This document shows, piece after piece, positions 48,207 to 57,949 of a stretch of 64,000 nucleotides of DNA. Source of the DNA: Opitutaceae bacterium (lineage in GTDB: Bacteria; Verrucomicrobiota; Verrucomicrobiia; Opitutales; Coraliomargaritaceae). Location of the stretch: NCBI GenBank assembly GCA_051252375.1, contig JBPOFY010000002.1:256001-320000 (forward strand). The letters run 5' to 3'. The notes beneath the pieces were generated by a model that was not told where the DNA came from, ran no database searches, and saw only the letters and a program-made list of their open reading frames with translations. The position numbers and the translations under genes were made by a program. Every line of letters starts with the position of its first letter. The first letter of the stretch is position 1.

Positions 48207-49079
48207 TCATTCAGGCACCACGTCTTTACACGACGTCTCGATATAGCCTAGAGAACGCAGAAAAGTGACCGTATCATTGATGATTTGATCGTAGATTTTC
48301 GCATCGTTCTTTTTCCTGAAAAAGGTGCTATTAAAGAAGCCGTGCCCCTGCCCTTCGAAGGCTTTCAATTCGCAACGATTACCAGCTTTTGTCATCAAGC
48401 GCGTGAAGCGCTCGGCGTTTTCAAACGGCACGGTGGTATCGCCGGTGCCGTGAAAAACAATCGTTGGCACGATGCCTGGTCGAACGTGATGCGTTAAAGA
48501 GACTTCAGTTTTACGCGCTTCAGTCACCTGTTTAAGACCATAGCCCTTCTTGGTGGTGTCCAAAACAGGATTATAAAGCATCATCGCATTTGGCACTGAG
48601 CTGACCGACAGATCTTCGCCCTTTGCCTCTAAGCCGACGATCACGCCTGTGCAGCCAGCAATGTGACCACCTGCGGAACCACCCGAAGCAACGATACGGT
48701 CTGGATCAATGCCGAACTCTGCCGCGTGGGCACGCACCCAACGGATCGCAGACTTAGCATCTTCAACCGCGTCAAAAGGGGTCGTCTTGTTGCGACTTTT
48801 CACTCGATACTCTGCCGAGAATGTAACCAAACCGAGCTGTGACAACTCTTCTGCCTGTTGATAAAACTGATTCGGATTCCCTCCCACCCAGCCGCCACCA
48901 AAGAAGAAGACAATCGCCGGACGTGAGTCGCTAGCTTTCAAACCCTCGGGCTTAAAAAGATGTAACTTTAGTTCAGTCTCACCGACGGTTTTATAAACGA
49001 TTTTTTCGTCTGGAGTATAATCCGCTGCAGAAAGCAGCAGAGGGATCGCAGCAAAAAAGAATAGAATGGTGTTTTTCAT
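48207..49079 (-). CDS. Alpha/beta hydrolase (carbohydrate esterase-like)
   Basis: FFGGGW, GGSAGGH, HGTGD, GHGF. Confidence 0.88.
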   Translation of the reverse strand: MKNTILFFFAAIPLLLSAADYTPDEKIVYKTVGETELKLHLFKPEGLKASDSRPAIVFFFGGGWVGGNPNQFYQQAEELSQLGLVTFSAEYRVKSRNKTTPFDAVEDAKSAIRWVRAHAAEFGIDPDRIVASGGSAGGHIAGCTGVIVGLEAKGEDLSVSSVPNAMMLYNPVLDTTKKGYGLKQVTEARKTEVSLTHHVRPGIVPTIVFHGTGDTTVPFENAERFTRLMTKAGNRCELKAFEGQGHGFFNSTFFRKKNDAKIYDQIINDTVTFLRSLGYIETSCKDVVPE

Positions 49080-49100
49080 AATGTGGTGACGGGAACGTGG

Positions 49101-50087
49101 CTACTTGTGTTCGAGAAAAAACTTAACAGTGCTCGCGACGATTTCATCGCGTGTGGGATCAATCTCGGTCTTGCCGTCTGCCTTGCGCCAATTGTGACCG
49201 GCGTGCTTGACGATAATGAATTCGACTGGCGCGGGGACAGTCTTGACAGCCTCCTGCATACGATAGGCCTGCTTCACGGGAATAGTGGTATCGCCATCGC
49301 CTTGGATCATGAGCAAAGGCGGGCTGTCTTTGGTAATGTAAGTGACTGGGCTCATTTCTGCGTAGCGTGCTTCCTTCGTCTGCGGGCCAGTTTCAGAACC
49401 CATAATGCGTGGACCGAAGCGATCTTTGAATTTTTCACGATCGTCGTGATTGAAGAGTTGTTCATCTTGAAAATCACAAGGGCCATACCAAGAAACACCA
49501 GCGACGGTTTTGTAAGTATACTTTGCGAGTTCTGGATCACCGGTCAGACTGTCAGGCGAAGACAGCAGTAGCATCTGTGCAATTTGCCCACCTGCAGAGT
49601 CGCCGAAGGTGTAGATACGATTCGGGTCGATGCCGAGCTCCTTGCTATGCGCAGAAACAAAGCGGATGGCGTCTTTGCAATCAATCACACAATCGCGCAT
49701 CGCGACACCATTACGTGCGAGGCGATATTGCACCGAAACCACGCAAAAGCCCTGCTCGAGTAGCTCCTTGTGCACGACATTGAAGGAAGCGTTGCCAGCG
49801 CCATACTTACTACCGGCTGCCCAGCCACCACCATGTGTGTAGATGACCACTGGCTTATTTCTACTGGTATCTTCATCCGGAAAATAGAAATCAAGGTAGA
49901 GCGCTCGCCCCCCTACTTGCTTATAGACCACTTCACGCAGCTGCTTACCGGGGCTGGAAACATACTTAGCCGGCTTATTGCTTTTGGAATTGGTATAGCC
50001 CGATTCTTTAAGGGGCTCCAAAGCTTGAGCACTGATTAAAAAGGAAAGGCTGGCTAGAGCCAGTAAAGCAATTCGGGATATTTTCAT
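49101..50087 (-). CDS. Alpha/beta hydrolase (carbohydrate esterase-like)
   Basis: HGGGW, GDSAGG, QGDGD, AGH. Confidence 0.88.
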   Translation of the reverse strand: MKISRIALLALASLSFLISAQALEPLKESGYTNSKSNKPAKYVSSPGKQLREVVYKQVGGRALYLDFYFPDEDTSRNKPVVIYTHGGGWAAGSKYGAGNASFNVVHKELLEQGFCVVSVQYRLARNGVAMRDCVIDCKDAIRFVSAHSKELGIDPNRIYTFGDSAGGQIAQMLLLSSPDSLTGDPELAKYTYKTVAGVSWYGPCDFQDEQLFNHDDREKFKDRFGPRIMGSETGPQTKEARYAEMSPVTYITKDSPPLLMIQGDGDTTIPVKQAYRMQEAVKTVPAPVEFIIVKHAGHNWRKADGKTEIDPTRDEIVASTVKFFLEHK

Positions 50088-50122
50088 GACAAGTGGGATA
50101 ATGGAAACTGTTACCTAGAGGA

Positions 50123-50166
50123 AGTTTAGCAGATGCTGCATATTGCAGTATCCCGTATTTAACAAA
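50123..50166 (-). promoter_or_regulatory. Half-site of shared motif (TATCCC at 50149) plus -10 TAAACT
   Basis: Same 20-nt spacing; distal half is not conserved. Confidence 0.45.
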
Positions 50167-50264
50167 AAATGAATCACAATTACGAGGCTTAGCGAGATAT
50201 CCACCCGTTTTAGCATAAGCGCCATGACTCTTCAGGACGGTCACAGCGCCTCAAAGTGGAAGAT

Positions 50265-52115
50265 TTACAGTGACCAGCTTAGATTTTTAAACGCTGGGTT
50301 TGCGCCGTTCCAATTGGCTCCGATCGTGCGCCTAACATCTCCTGAGCCTTTCAATGACTCTTTGGGGCTCAATTCTAACTCCTTAATGCCTTCGAAACTC
50401 TCAAGCGGTTCGCCATTGCCATTGGTGAAATCTTTTGCCGTGAGTTCGATCGCTTCCAAATCAGATCCGCCTTCCAATATAACTTCAGCGGCATAATCAT
50501 CTAGGCGAATGACGAGCTTGTTCGCCTCAGCTGCAGATACTTGCAAGTTCAACTTCGCCCCTTCGGGTGCATTCCATCGACCATCATAGATTTTGTGCGT
50601 TGAGCGCGCCCACTCGTTTGGACGATAGCTGAACCATTCCTTCTCCCAGTCGTCCTCGAAATCTTCAATCATTAGCGAAGACTCCAGCGTAGATCGCACA
50701 CCCGCCGCCTTGAGTTCATCGGCGGTGGTCATGAACATCAGAGACGAAAGATTGAAGGACTCAGTGGTGCCGACCCCATAGTAATACCCCGCATAGCTCA
50801 CCGGTGCATCCAAGGCGTATCGAACATTCGCATACACCCAAAGCGGTTGATCCACTCCGAACAGAGGTAATTTGGCCAGCCAGTCCTCACCCTGCTGCTT
50901 CGCTTCGGCATGATGCCAGAAACGATTTTTGGTATTATTTGAATCATCCTTCAAGCCATCCACTTGACCCTGGCGTGTGTAATAAAAATCGACACTCAAA
51001 ATCGGTCTCGAGGCATCTACCTTCAAACTGGCTGTTGGCACACCGGATCTACTCTTCAAATTAACAAGGATCTCCGGTGTTTGCGGGAACTCAAAACTGC
51101 CCTTCAAGTGCTGGTCGAACCAGAGCTGACTCGCTACTTCGTAATCCGCAGTGTCTTGGTGGTTGTGATGCGGGGCACAGGTGACTCGCCAATCTTTCGA
51201 TCCGATTTCAGTAACCGCGGTTTGCAGGTCATTGATACGACCATGAAAGTCATTAGCCGGACTTTGAAAGAGGATCGGGCAATCGATCCGCTGCAAACTA
51301 ATGTTATCCGCGATGGTCACATCATAGAGCGCATTTCCAGTATCACGATTACTGACACCGCCACATGACGGCACTGAAGCACGAACTCGACTATCCGCAG
51401 CCGTGGTGGCGACTGTAAGTTTGCCGCCCATCGAGTGACCATAAACGCCCATACGAGAGCCATCGACTTCCGGTTGTTGCTCTAGAAAGGTCAACGCACG
51501 ACGCGCGCCCATTGTCACCAGGAACCAAGGGTTATTACGCGGAGAGTCGACCGCATCGAGTGTCCAATCGGCTGCCTTCGTATTGGCAAAATTGTTTTGG
51601 TCGTAGCGGCTCGGCGCATGATACGCATCCAGCGCGCCCCAATCTGTAGTCACTTTGTATTTGGGATTTTCAGTGTCATTTGCCCAGAAAATTTGCACCA
51701 CTTCTGAATTCACCGAGTAATTTGGCGCGGCGATTCGACCCGCCCATGCAATCGTAATCGAAGCGTAGCCGCGCTTGGCATTGTTCAACACCGAGCGATA
51801 GTCGGCAAATTGACCACCCCCATGAATATTAACCATGGCTGGGAGATCTTTGCCACCTTTTGGATAGGCATACACTCCAGCCATCATCGCTTTCTGCCCC
51901 TGGAAAACACCGACTCGATAACGCAGCACTTTGAGCACCACGCCGTCCTCCTCCCACTCATGCAGGACTTCGACATGCAATGGTTCTGCGCGGGGATCAA
52001 AATCTGCCCACAGCTCATCGTAAGTCTGAAGCGCCTGTCCATCGACAAGCGGCGGTAATGTTTCTGCAGAGCAAATAAGATGCACCATACAAAGAAGGAG
52101 TATTTTTTTGATCAC
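50265..52115 (-). CDS. Secreted alpha/beta-hydrolase-fold esterase
   Basis: HGGGQ, GHSMGG nucleophile elbow, C-terminal beta-sandwich-like region. Confidence 0.75.
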   Translation of the reverse strand: MIKKILLLCMVHLICSAETLPPLVDGQALQTYDELWADFDPRAEPLHVEVLHEWEEDGVVLKVLRYRVGVFQGQKAMMAGVYAYPKGGKDLPAMVNIHGGGQFADYRSVLNNAKRGYASITIAWAGRIAAPNYSVNSEVVQIFWANDTENPKYKVTTDWGALDAYHAPSRYDQNNFANTKAADWTLDAVDSPRNNPWFLVTMGARRALTFLEQQPEVDGSRMGVYGHSMGGKLTVATTAADSRVRASVPSCGGVSNRDTGNALYDVTIADNISLQRIDCPILFQSPANDFHGRINDLQTAVTEIGSKDWRVTCAPHHNHQDTADYEVASQLWFDQHLKGSFEFPQTPEILVNLKSRSGVPTASLKVDASRPILSVDFYYTRQGQVDGLKDDSNNTKNRFWHHAEAKQQGEDWLAKLPLFGVDQPLWVYANVRYALDAPVSYAGYYYGVGTTESFNLSSLMFMTTADELKAAGVRSTLESSLMIEDFEDDWEKEWFSYRPNEWARSTHKIYDGRWNAPEGAKLNLQVSAAEANKLVIRLDDYAAEVILEGGSDLEAIELTAKDFTNGNGEPLESFEGIKELELSPKESLKGSGDVRRTIGANWNGANPAFKNLSWSL

Positions 52116-52131
52116 ATTGAGGTGTATGTTA

Positions 52132-54438
52132 TTAATTTAGACCAAATGAGTTTACTTTACTAGCGTCAGGTTCAACTGGGCCGACTACTGCTTGCTGAAC
52201 ACCCTTGGCATAGAAAATCGCGGTCTCGCTTTTTTTCATGGAGACAGAATACGAACCATTCTCTAGGCGCTTCACAGCAGACTTTGCGATACCCTCAACT
52301 CGCTCTGGAGCGAAGTCTAGTTTCAGAAGGCAAGGCTCGCCGGCGTTGCTCGTGACACTCACGAACTGAGTCTGGCCGTCTCTTCGAGCGGCACTGATCG
52401 AGAAGCCACCTTTTGCGAGAAGACCATCAAAGGAGATATTTTTCCAAGATTCAGGAATGCTTGGGAACACACGGATCGTATCGCCCCAGCTTTGCAGGAG
52501 CATCAGCTGCATTGAATCACAGAGCGAAAGCGGTGTCTCGGTGACGGGCTGAATGCGGCTCGTTTCAGTATACATCGTCGTGCACCAAATCTTACCCGGA
52601 CCCTTGAGTTCATTCATGCGCATGAAAGTATCCAGGTATTTACCCGCGGCTTCGCCATCCTCCATCAGCGCATACATCGCGGCGACACCACTGAAGGAGT
52701 AGCCTGCATTACCCGTTCCAGGATAATTGATCCAATGATCCACCGACTTTTTAATCAACTCACGATTCTCGGGCTGATCCCAGTTCACCTCAATTAGTGG
52801 GTAAATCATCATCAGGTGTGAATAGTGCCTGTGCGATTTCTCGAATGGAAAATCCTTGGCCACCATGTAGCCATTCTCATTGGTAGGATAGTCCACCAAA
52901 CGGGCGAGCACATCCTTCCATTTAGGTAGCAACGGATCCTTGATCGCATAGCGCTCATCTATTTCGATCAGCGTGCTGCAGCCCCAACGGAAGAGCGCCA
53001 AATTGAAGTTACAATCCTCTCCCCCGCCATACTCAGGTGAACGTGTATGCGGCAGGTGTATCTTACCGTCCTCTCCTTCGACCATAAAGTGCAGGTAGGT
53101 GTTGACCGACTTCTTCAGTAGCGGGAAGAACTTTTCTGTGGTGCGCTCGGCATCCATGGTCCGCTCAAGCATGAGCCAATAGTCGTGGCAGGTCCAAAGC
53201 AGTTCACCAGTGAAGCCCAGGCGTCCAGACGGAAAGCGGCTGATAAATGTTTGCGGCACTATACTCGACATACCCGCACAGTCATCGCCGTATTGCTCTG
53301 GCATATTCGCGACCAACTGCGGCAGTTTTTCATCGAGCTTGGTAAAGAGACTTTCAGCGACTTCGAAGCGATTTGCCGTCGAAAGAAACCAATAGGACAG
53401 CTGTGTATTCAAGTTAAACCAGCCACTAGCCCATGCGGTGTTTTCCACAATCCATGGACCCATTGTATCCATGAAAGCCCTACCCTTGCGTGCGCCGGAA
53501 GCAAATTTGTAAACCTGAATCCAATAGAAGCTCTCCATGCGCGTATCGTCCAAACTGATAAAGCTCTTAGGATAATACTGGTGCCACCACACGCGGTGGC
53601 TTTCGATCAGACTGTCAAGCGACTCCCCTTCCGCCTTTTTCAAATGAGCGATCGCATCTTTAGTCGCAGTCTGCTCGGGATAGCTGTGCTCGATGGAAAC
53701 GCGTAGCTCTTGACGACCTTTCGCACCGCGCTGAATCGACCATGCCGTGCCATTTTCGCCACCCGCTTCCAGCAGCTGACGCGAGGTCTCGTAGCCGTCG
53801 AGCTGACCGAGAATAGGATCGGGGTTATATTTGTAAGGTGCCTTCGCCCAGCCAATGCGGCTACTCGGCGCTTTGTCGCCCTGCTCCTTCACCGCCAAGT
53901 CCGCTTGTAGGCGCGCTGGGGCGATGGCCTTCAAGGGCACGAAATCGAGTTTGGCGGCTTCCTTACCCGAAGGAACGAGACCATAGACAATCAACATATC
54001 TTCACTATGAACAATCGCCCGAATATCCAAGTGACCTTTGTCAGTAATCACCCTTACGCGAGTTTCCGCATTGTAGAGGTCGAGACGCCCCTCGAAACCG
54101 GTGATCTTACCAGTAGTCTTGAGAGTGAAATAGCCGACTGGCAGCCGAGACTGTGCAATAAAGGCACCACCTGTTTTCTTGTGATCTTCAACATCCGAGC
54201 GACCGAGGCTGATACGTAGTGTATCCTCGTCGAGTTGATGCATCATCGATCCCAGCATACCGTTGCCCATAAACGGTCCGTCATGCCATGCCTGCGGCGC
54301 TTGGTTCCAAACCAAATCGTGGCGCGCGAGGAAGTCCGCCCAATCGACATCGGATTTCACTGAAGCCGCTAGCACTGCTTGAGACGGCATCATTAACGTC
54401 GCCAATGCGGCGAAGAGTAAAACAATTTTTGAACGCAT
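52132..54438 (-). CDS. GH95 alpha-L-fucosidase-like
   Basis: GNG.LG, NLNTQLSYW, SPEY, HRHYSHL, LLQSW...VFP.IP..W. Confidence 0.85.
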   Translation of the reverse strand: MRSKIVLLFAALATLMMPSQAVLAASVKSDVDWADFLARHDLVWNQAPQAWHDGPFMGNGMLGSMMHQLDEDTLRISLGRSDVEDHKKTGGAFIAQSRLPVGYFTLKTTGKITGFEGRLDLYNAETRVRVITDKGHLDIRAIVHSEDMLIVYGLVPSGKEAAKLDFVPLKAIAPARLQADLAVKEQGDKAPSSRIGWAKAPYKYNPDPILGQLDGYETSRQLLEAGGENGTAWSIQRGAKGRQELRVSIEHSYPEQTATKDAIAHLKKAEGESLDSLIESHRVWWHQYYPKSFISLDDTRMESFYWIQVYKFASGARKGRAFMDTMGPWIVENTAWASGWFNLNTQLSYWFLSTANRFEVAESLFTKLDEKLPQLVANMPEQYGDDCAGMSSIVPQTFISRFPSGRLGFTGELLWTCHDYWLMLERTMDAERTTEKFFPLLKKSVNTYLHFMVEGEDGKIHLPHTRSPEYGGGEDCNFNLALFRWGCSTLIEIDERYAIKDPLLPKWKDVLARLVDYPTNENGYMVAKDFPFEKSHRHYSHLMMIYPLIEVNWDQPENRELIKKSVDHWINYPGTGNAGYSFSGVAAMYALMEDGEAAGKYLDTFMRMNELKGPGKIWCTTMYTETSRIQPVTETPLSLCDSMQLMLLQSWGDTIRVFPSIPESWKNISFDGLLAKGGFSISAARRDGQTQFVSVTSNAGEPCLLKLDFAPERVEGIAKSAVKRLENGSYSVSMKKSETAIFYAKGVQQAVVGPVEPDASKVNSFGLN

Positions 54439-54447
54439 ATTGATATG

Positions 54448-56322
54448 TTATTTGGTTACTTTTAAAGCAGCCTTCGAGAATGGCTTATTTTTACCGAGTT
54501 TCATTTCGGCAGTTAGCTCGGGGTAACTCACCAAAAAGTTATTGGTGTCGATTAAGTTGATGAAAAAGTGCGTGGTGCCTTGCGGAAGTTTGGCAGTCAC
54601 GGTGTCACCTGAGGTCGAAAGATTTGGTAAACGGAACCATTCTTCATATTTCTCCCCACCATTGAGTGTGTAGATCAAGTTCGCATGTGAAAGACCAGCA
54701 CCGTTGTTCTTAAATTTCACGACAACTTCACTGCTCCTTTGCTCAAGGCTGACGACAGTCGGGACGCTCTCCTTATTCGGCAGTGCTTTCGGATAATTGG
54801 GATTATATGAAGGAAGGCTTGCCTCCATTTCCAAGAGCATCTTGGAAAGTTCTTGATTCATCTGCTGCGCTTTCTCAGGCATCTTCTTAGCAAGGTTGAT
54901 GCCTTCTTCGATATCGCCGCGAACATGCTTTCCGGTGCTTGAATCATAGAGACGGTAGAGTTCTAGAGGCTCATTGTCAGGATTGTTCACATGGTCGTAT
55001 TTGCGGATCAATTTATAATCGCCGATGCGTATCGTGCTCTCCATCGCATGCCCATGCGGGAAGTGCCACATCATGGTATCACGTGGTCGACCATTCGCGT
55101 CTTTGACGAGTGACGGATCTTTCGGATCTTGAGTGAGCAGCGGCAATAGATCCAAACCATCGAGGTTTTTACCCTCTGGCTTGTTGGCACCGACCATTGA
55201 AAGAATCGTCGGGTAGAAATCGAGCCCGTTGGCTAGCACATCTGTTTGCACGCCAGCTGGGATATTTGGCCCGACGACGATAAGCGGCACACGTGTGCCA
55301 CCTTCACGGGCAGAAATTTTGCCACGATCCAAGGGATTGTTATCGGTGTAGCGCTCCGACGGACCACCTTCCATGCCTCCGTTATCGGAAGTAAAAATGA
55401 TATAGGTATTCTCGCTGAGCATATGCCCCGGCCAGCGTGGGTCTTCGGTCGTTTCCAAGTATTGGAATACTTGGCCTACGTAGTAATCCAATGCCTCAAC
55501 CATTGCTCCGTAAAACGGGTTCTTCTGCCCTGAGTCACTTCGTTGGTAAATCTCGCGAGGGTCTACCCCCATCTTTTCGATATACTTCTGTAAGAGCGCT
55601 TCAGAACGCGTATGAATGGGCGCATGAACGAGCCATGTCGCATAATAAAGAAAGAAGGGTTTGTCCTTGTTCTCTTTGATAAAGTTAAGCGCGTCTTCGT
55701 TGGTCTGGTGATAAGGAAAGCCATTCTCATCGAGACGATACGGATCGTTCGGCGCATCGGTCGCAAAGCCAGACAACCGATCCTTCATTCCGCTGTGCGC
55801 GCCGCGAGTGCTTCGCGTATAATCAAAGCCCACATCTTCCGGTTGAGGAAAAGCATTGTGATCGATCGCGATGTGCCATTTTCCAGAATGCCCCGTGACA
55901 TAGCCCGCTTGTTTCATGGCACGTGCCAGCGTGAATTCATCGGCAGGCATACGCCCGCTATACCAAGGATCCATCACTCGGAAATTTTTACTGATGGGCA
56001 CAGGCGGAGCACCGCCGACAACGTGTGTCTTCTGCGCCCGGGCAGGATGGTTGCCGCTCAGTATCGCACAACGAGAAGGCGCACAAGTCGGCGCGGGCGA
56101 GTAGCCCTGCCAAAACATAACACCCTTCCCCGCCAGCGCATCGATGTTTGGCGTCTCGTATGGCGAAGGCTCGTCGATGTCGTAGACCTTCACATCCTGC
56201 CAGCCAAAATCGTCCGTTAATAACAGGAGGATGTTGGGCTGCTCAGGGCGATCACTTTCACCAAACGAAGAGGTAACGGTGATCGCCAATAAAGCGCCCG
56301 CTAAGATTATTAATTTTTGCAT
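54448..56322 (-). CDS. Sulfatase (S1, Cys-type)
   Basis: DDFGWQD, CAPSR, GKWH, SDNGG. Confidence 0.93.
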   Translation of the reverse strand: MQKLIILAGALLAITVTSSFGESDRPEQPNILLLLTDDFGWQDVKVYDIDEPSPYETPNIDALAGKGVMFWQGYSPAPTCAPSRCAILSGNHPARAQKTHVVGGAPPVPISKNFRVMDPWYSGRMPADEFTLARAMKQAGYVTGHSGKWHIAIDHNAFPQPEDVGFDYTRSTRGAHSGMKDRLSGFATDAPNDPYRLDENGFPYHQTNEDALNFIKENKDKPFFLYYATWLVHAPIHTRSEALLQKYIEKMGVDPREIYQRSDSGQKNPFYGAMVEALDYYVGQVFQYLETTEDPRWPGHMLSENTYIIFTSDNGGMEGGPSERYTDNNPLDRGKISAREGGTRVPLIVVGPNIPAGVQTDVLANGLDFYPTILSMVGANKPEGKNLDGLDLLPLLTQDPKDPSLVKDANGRPRDTMMWHFPHGHAMESTIRIGDYKLIRKYDHVNNPDNEPLELYRLYDSSTGKHVRGDIEEGINLAKKMPEKAQQMNQELSKMLLEMEASLPSYNPNYPKALPNKESVPTVVSLEQRSSEVVVKFKNNGAGLSHANLIYTLNGGEKYEEWFRLPNLSTSGDTVTAKLPQGTTHFFINLIDTNNFLVSYPELTAEMKLGKNKPFSKAALKVTK

Positions 56323-56369
56323 GACATTATTTTGCTCAAAATTGCTTCAATGAAATCAACTCGCGTCGA

Positions 56370-57878
56370 CTATTTTTTCTTAGAACCGTTTTTCCAAATA
56401 TCGATTTGCGCATCATTCTTCTGATCTGCACCCGGCGTGCTGCGGCCTTGCTCGACATAAGATTCTAACAGCGCGATGAGACTCGTCACTTTCTCGGGGT
56501 ATTGCTCAAGCAAGTTGTTCATTTCACCAAGATCATCTGCCATATTGTATAGTTGCATATCAGGCAGGCCTTTCTTTTTGGCTTCAGCGTCCTTGGGTGA
56601 TGACCAACCACCGGAACCCGGAGCCAAAAGTAGCTTCCATGGTCCTTGGCGAATCGCGAACTTCCCGTCGATCGAGTGATGCACGACTGCTTCACGTGGA
56701 GTCTTCAGTTCTTTTCCCAAGAGGATGGGTGCGAAGCTGATGCTATCTTCGGCAGTATCGTCTGCATAGGTATGACCAAGCATTTCGGAGAAAGTCGCAA
56801 ACATGTCGGCGAGGCTAATCAATTGATCCGTCGTAGACGCTGCTTTGACTTGTGCGGGCCAACGTAAGATGAAAGGCACGCGGTGCCCCCCATCCCATAG
56901 ATCTGCCTTTGACCCACGAAGATTTGCGCTCGGGTAGTGACCTTGCTTCTCCAGATTTCCAATATCGGCAGCCTTCGAGGTGCCGTTGTCGGCACTAAAT
57001 ATAACGATGGTATTTTCAGTCAGTCCGTTACGTTCCAGTGCTTCCATGACGGCACCCACGGAACCATCGGTCTGGGCAACGAAATCGCCATACTTACCAA
57101 TGCCGCTTTTACCCATCCATTCCGGAGCCGTGGCAATCGGCGTATGCGGTGAACTCAATGGGAAAAAGATAAAGAACGGCTGACCCTGCCCTGAGCCAGT
57201 CGAACGGGCCGCTTTTGCCTCAGCCGTATGCGCATCGATATAATCGGTAGCCGCTTTGGTGATCGCAGGCAAAATATCCACCACATCCATTTCCTCAACA
57301 ATGGTATCATCAACAACAATACTACTCATCGATCTGGCATGGTGGAAGCCATAGAAATGATCAAAACCACGCGTGATAGGACCATCCGGAATATGCGTGC
57401 CGACAGGAACATTCGCAGGATAGATGGAATTTGTTTTCTTAGGTCTTGGTGCTTTCGCAAGTGCTGCGGGCACCTCGTAACTATATTCTAGATGCCATTT
57501 ACCAAAAATCGCGGTGTCGTAGCCTTGCGCCTGAAAGAGCTTCCCCAGGGTCATACGATCCTCTGCAATCAGCGGCGGCTTGCCCCCTTGAACGACACCA
57601 CTCTGAAGTCGAGTGCGCCAGTTGTAACGCCCAGTCAGCAACGCATAGCGTGAGGGTGTGCAGACCGAAGAGGTGGTGTGCGCATCGGTAAAGATCATCC
57701 CCTCCGCAGCCAAGGCATTGAGACTGGGTGTCGGCACTCTGCTACGTTCTGGGTTGAGCGCTTCGACTTCACCATAGCCCATATCATCGGCATAGATCAG
57801 CACCACGTTCGGCTTGATGTCTGCAGCAAAGGCGGACGATGTGATCAGTAATGGAAGGAGTAGTTTTTCAATTATCAT
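56370..57878 (-). CDS. Arylsulfatase (S1, Cys-type)
   Basis: DDMGYG, CTPSRYALLTGRY.WR, GKWH, ADNG. Confidence 0.93.
   Translation of the reverse strand: MIIEKLLLPLLITSSAFAADIKPNVVLIYADDMGYGEVEALNPERSRVPTPSLNALAAEGMIFTDAHTTSSVCTPSRYALLTGRYNWRTRLQSGVVQGGKPPLIAEDRMTLGKLFQAQGYDTAIFGKWHLEYSYEVPAALAKAPRPKKTNSIYPANVPVGTHIPDGPITRGFDHFYGFHHARSMSSIVVDDTIVEEMDVVDILPAITKAATDYIDAHTAEAKAARSTGSGQGQPFFIFFPLSSPHTPIATAPEWMGKSGIGKYGDFVAQTDGSVGAVMEALERNGLTENTIVIFSADNGTSKAADIGNLEKQGHYPSANLRGSKADLWDGGHRVPFILRWPAQVKAASTTDQLISLADMFATFSEMLGHTYADDTAEDSISFAPILLGKELKTPREAVVHHSIDGKFAIRQGPWKLLLAPGSGGWSSPKDAEAKKKGLPDMQLYNMADDLGEMNNLLEQYPEKVTSLIALLESYVEQGRSTPGADQKNDAQIDIWKNGSKKK
57186..57209. repeat. 24-nt REP-like palindrome in frame within the sulfatase
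   Basis: Minus strand GCCCGTTCGACTGGCTCAGGGCAG encodes ARSTGSGQ. Confidence 0.6.
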
Positions 57879-57949
57879 AGTAGATTTCTATTGTGCGTGC
57901 TCGACGACAAGCTCTTAGATCGAGACATCAAGCTGGTCGGAAGTGTATC

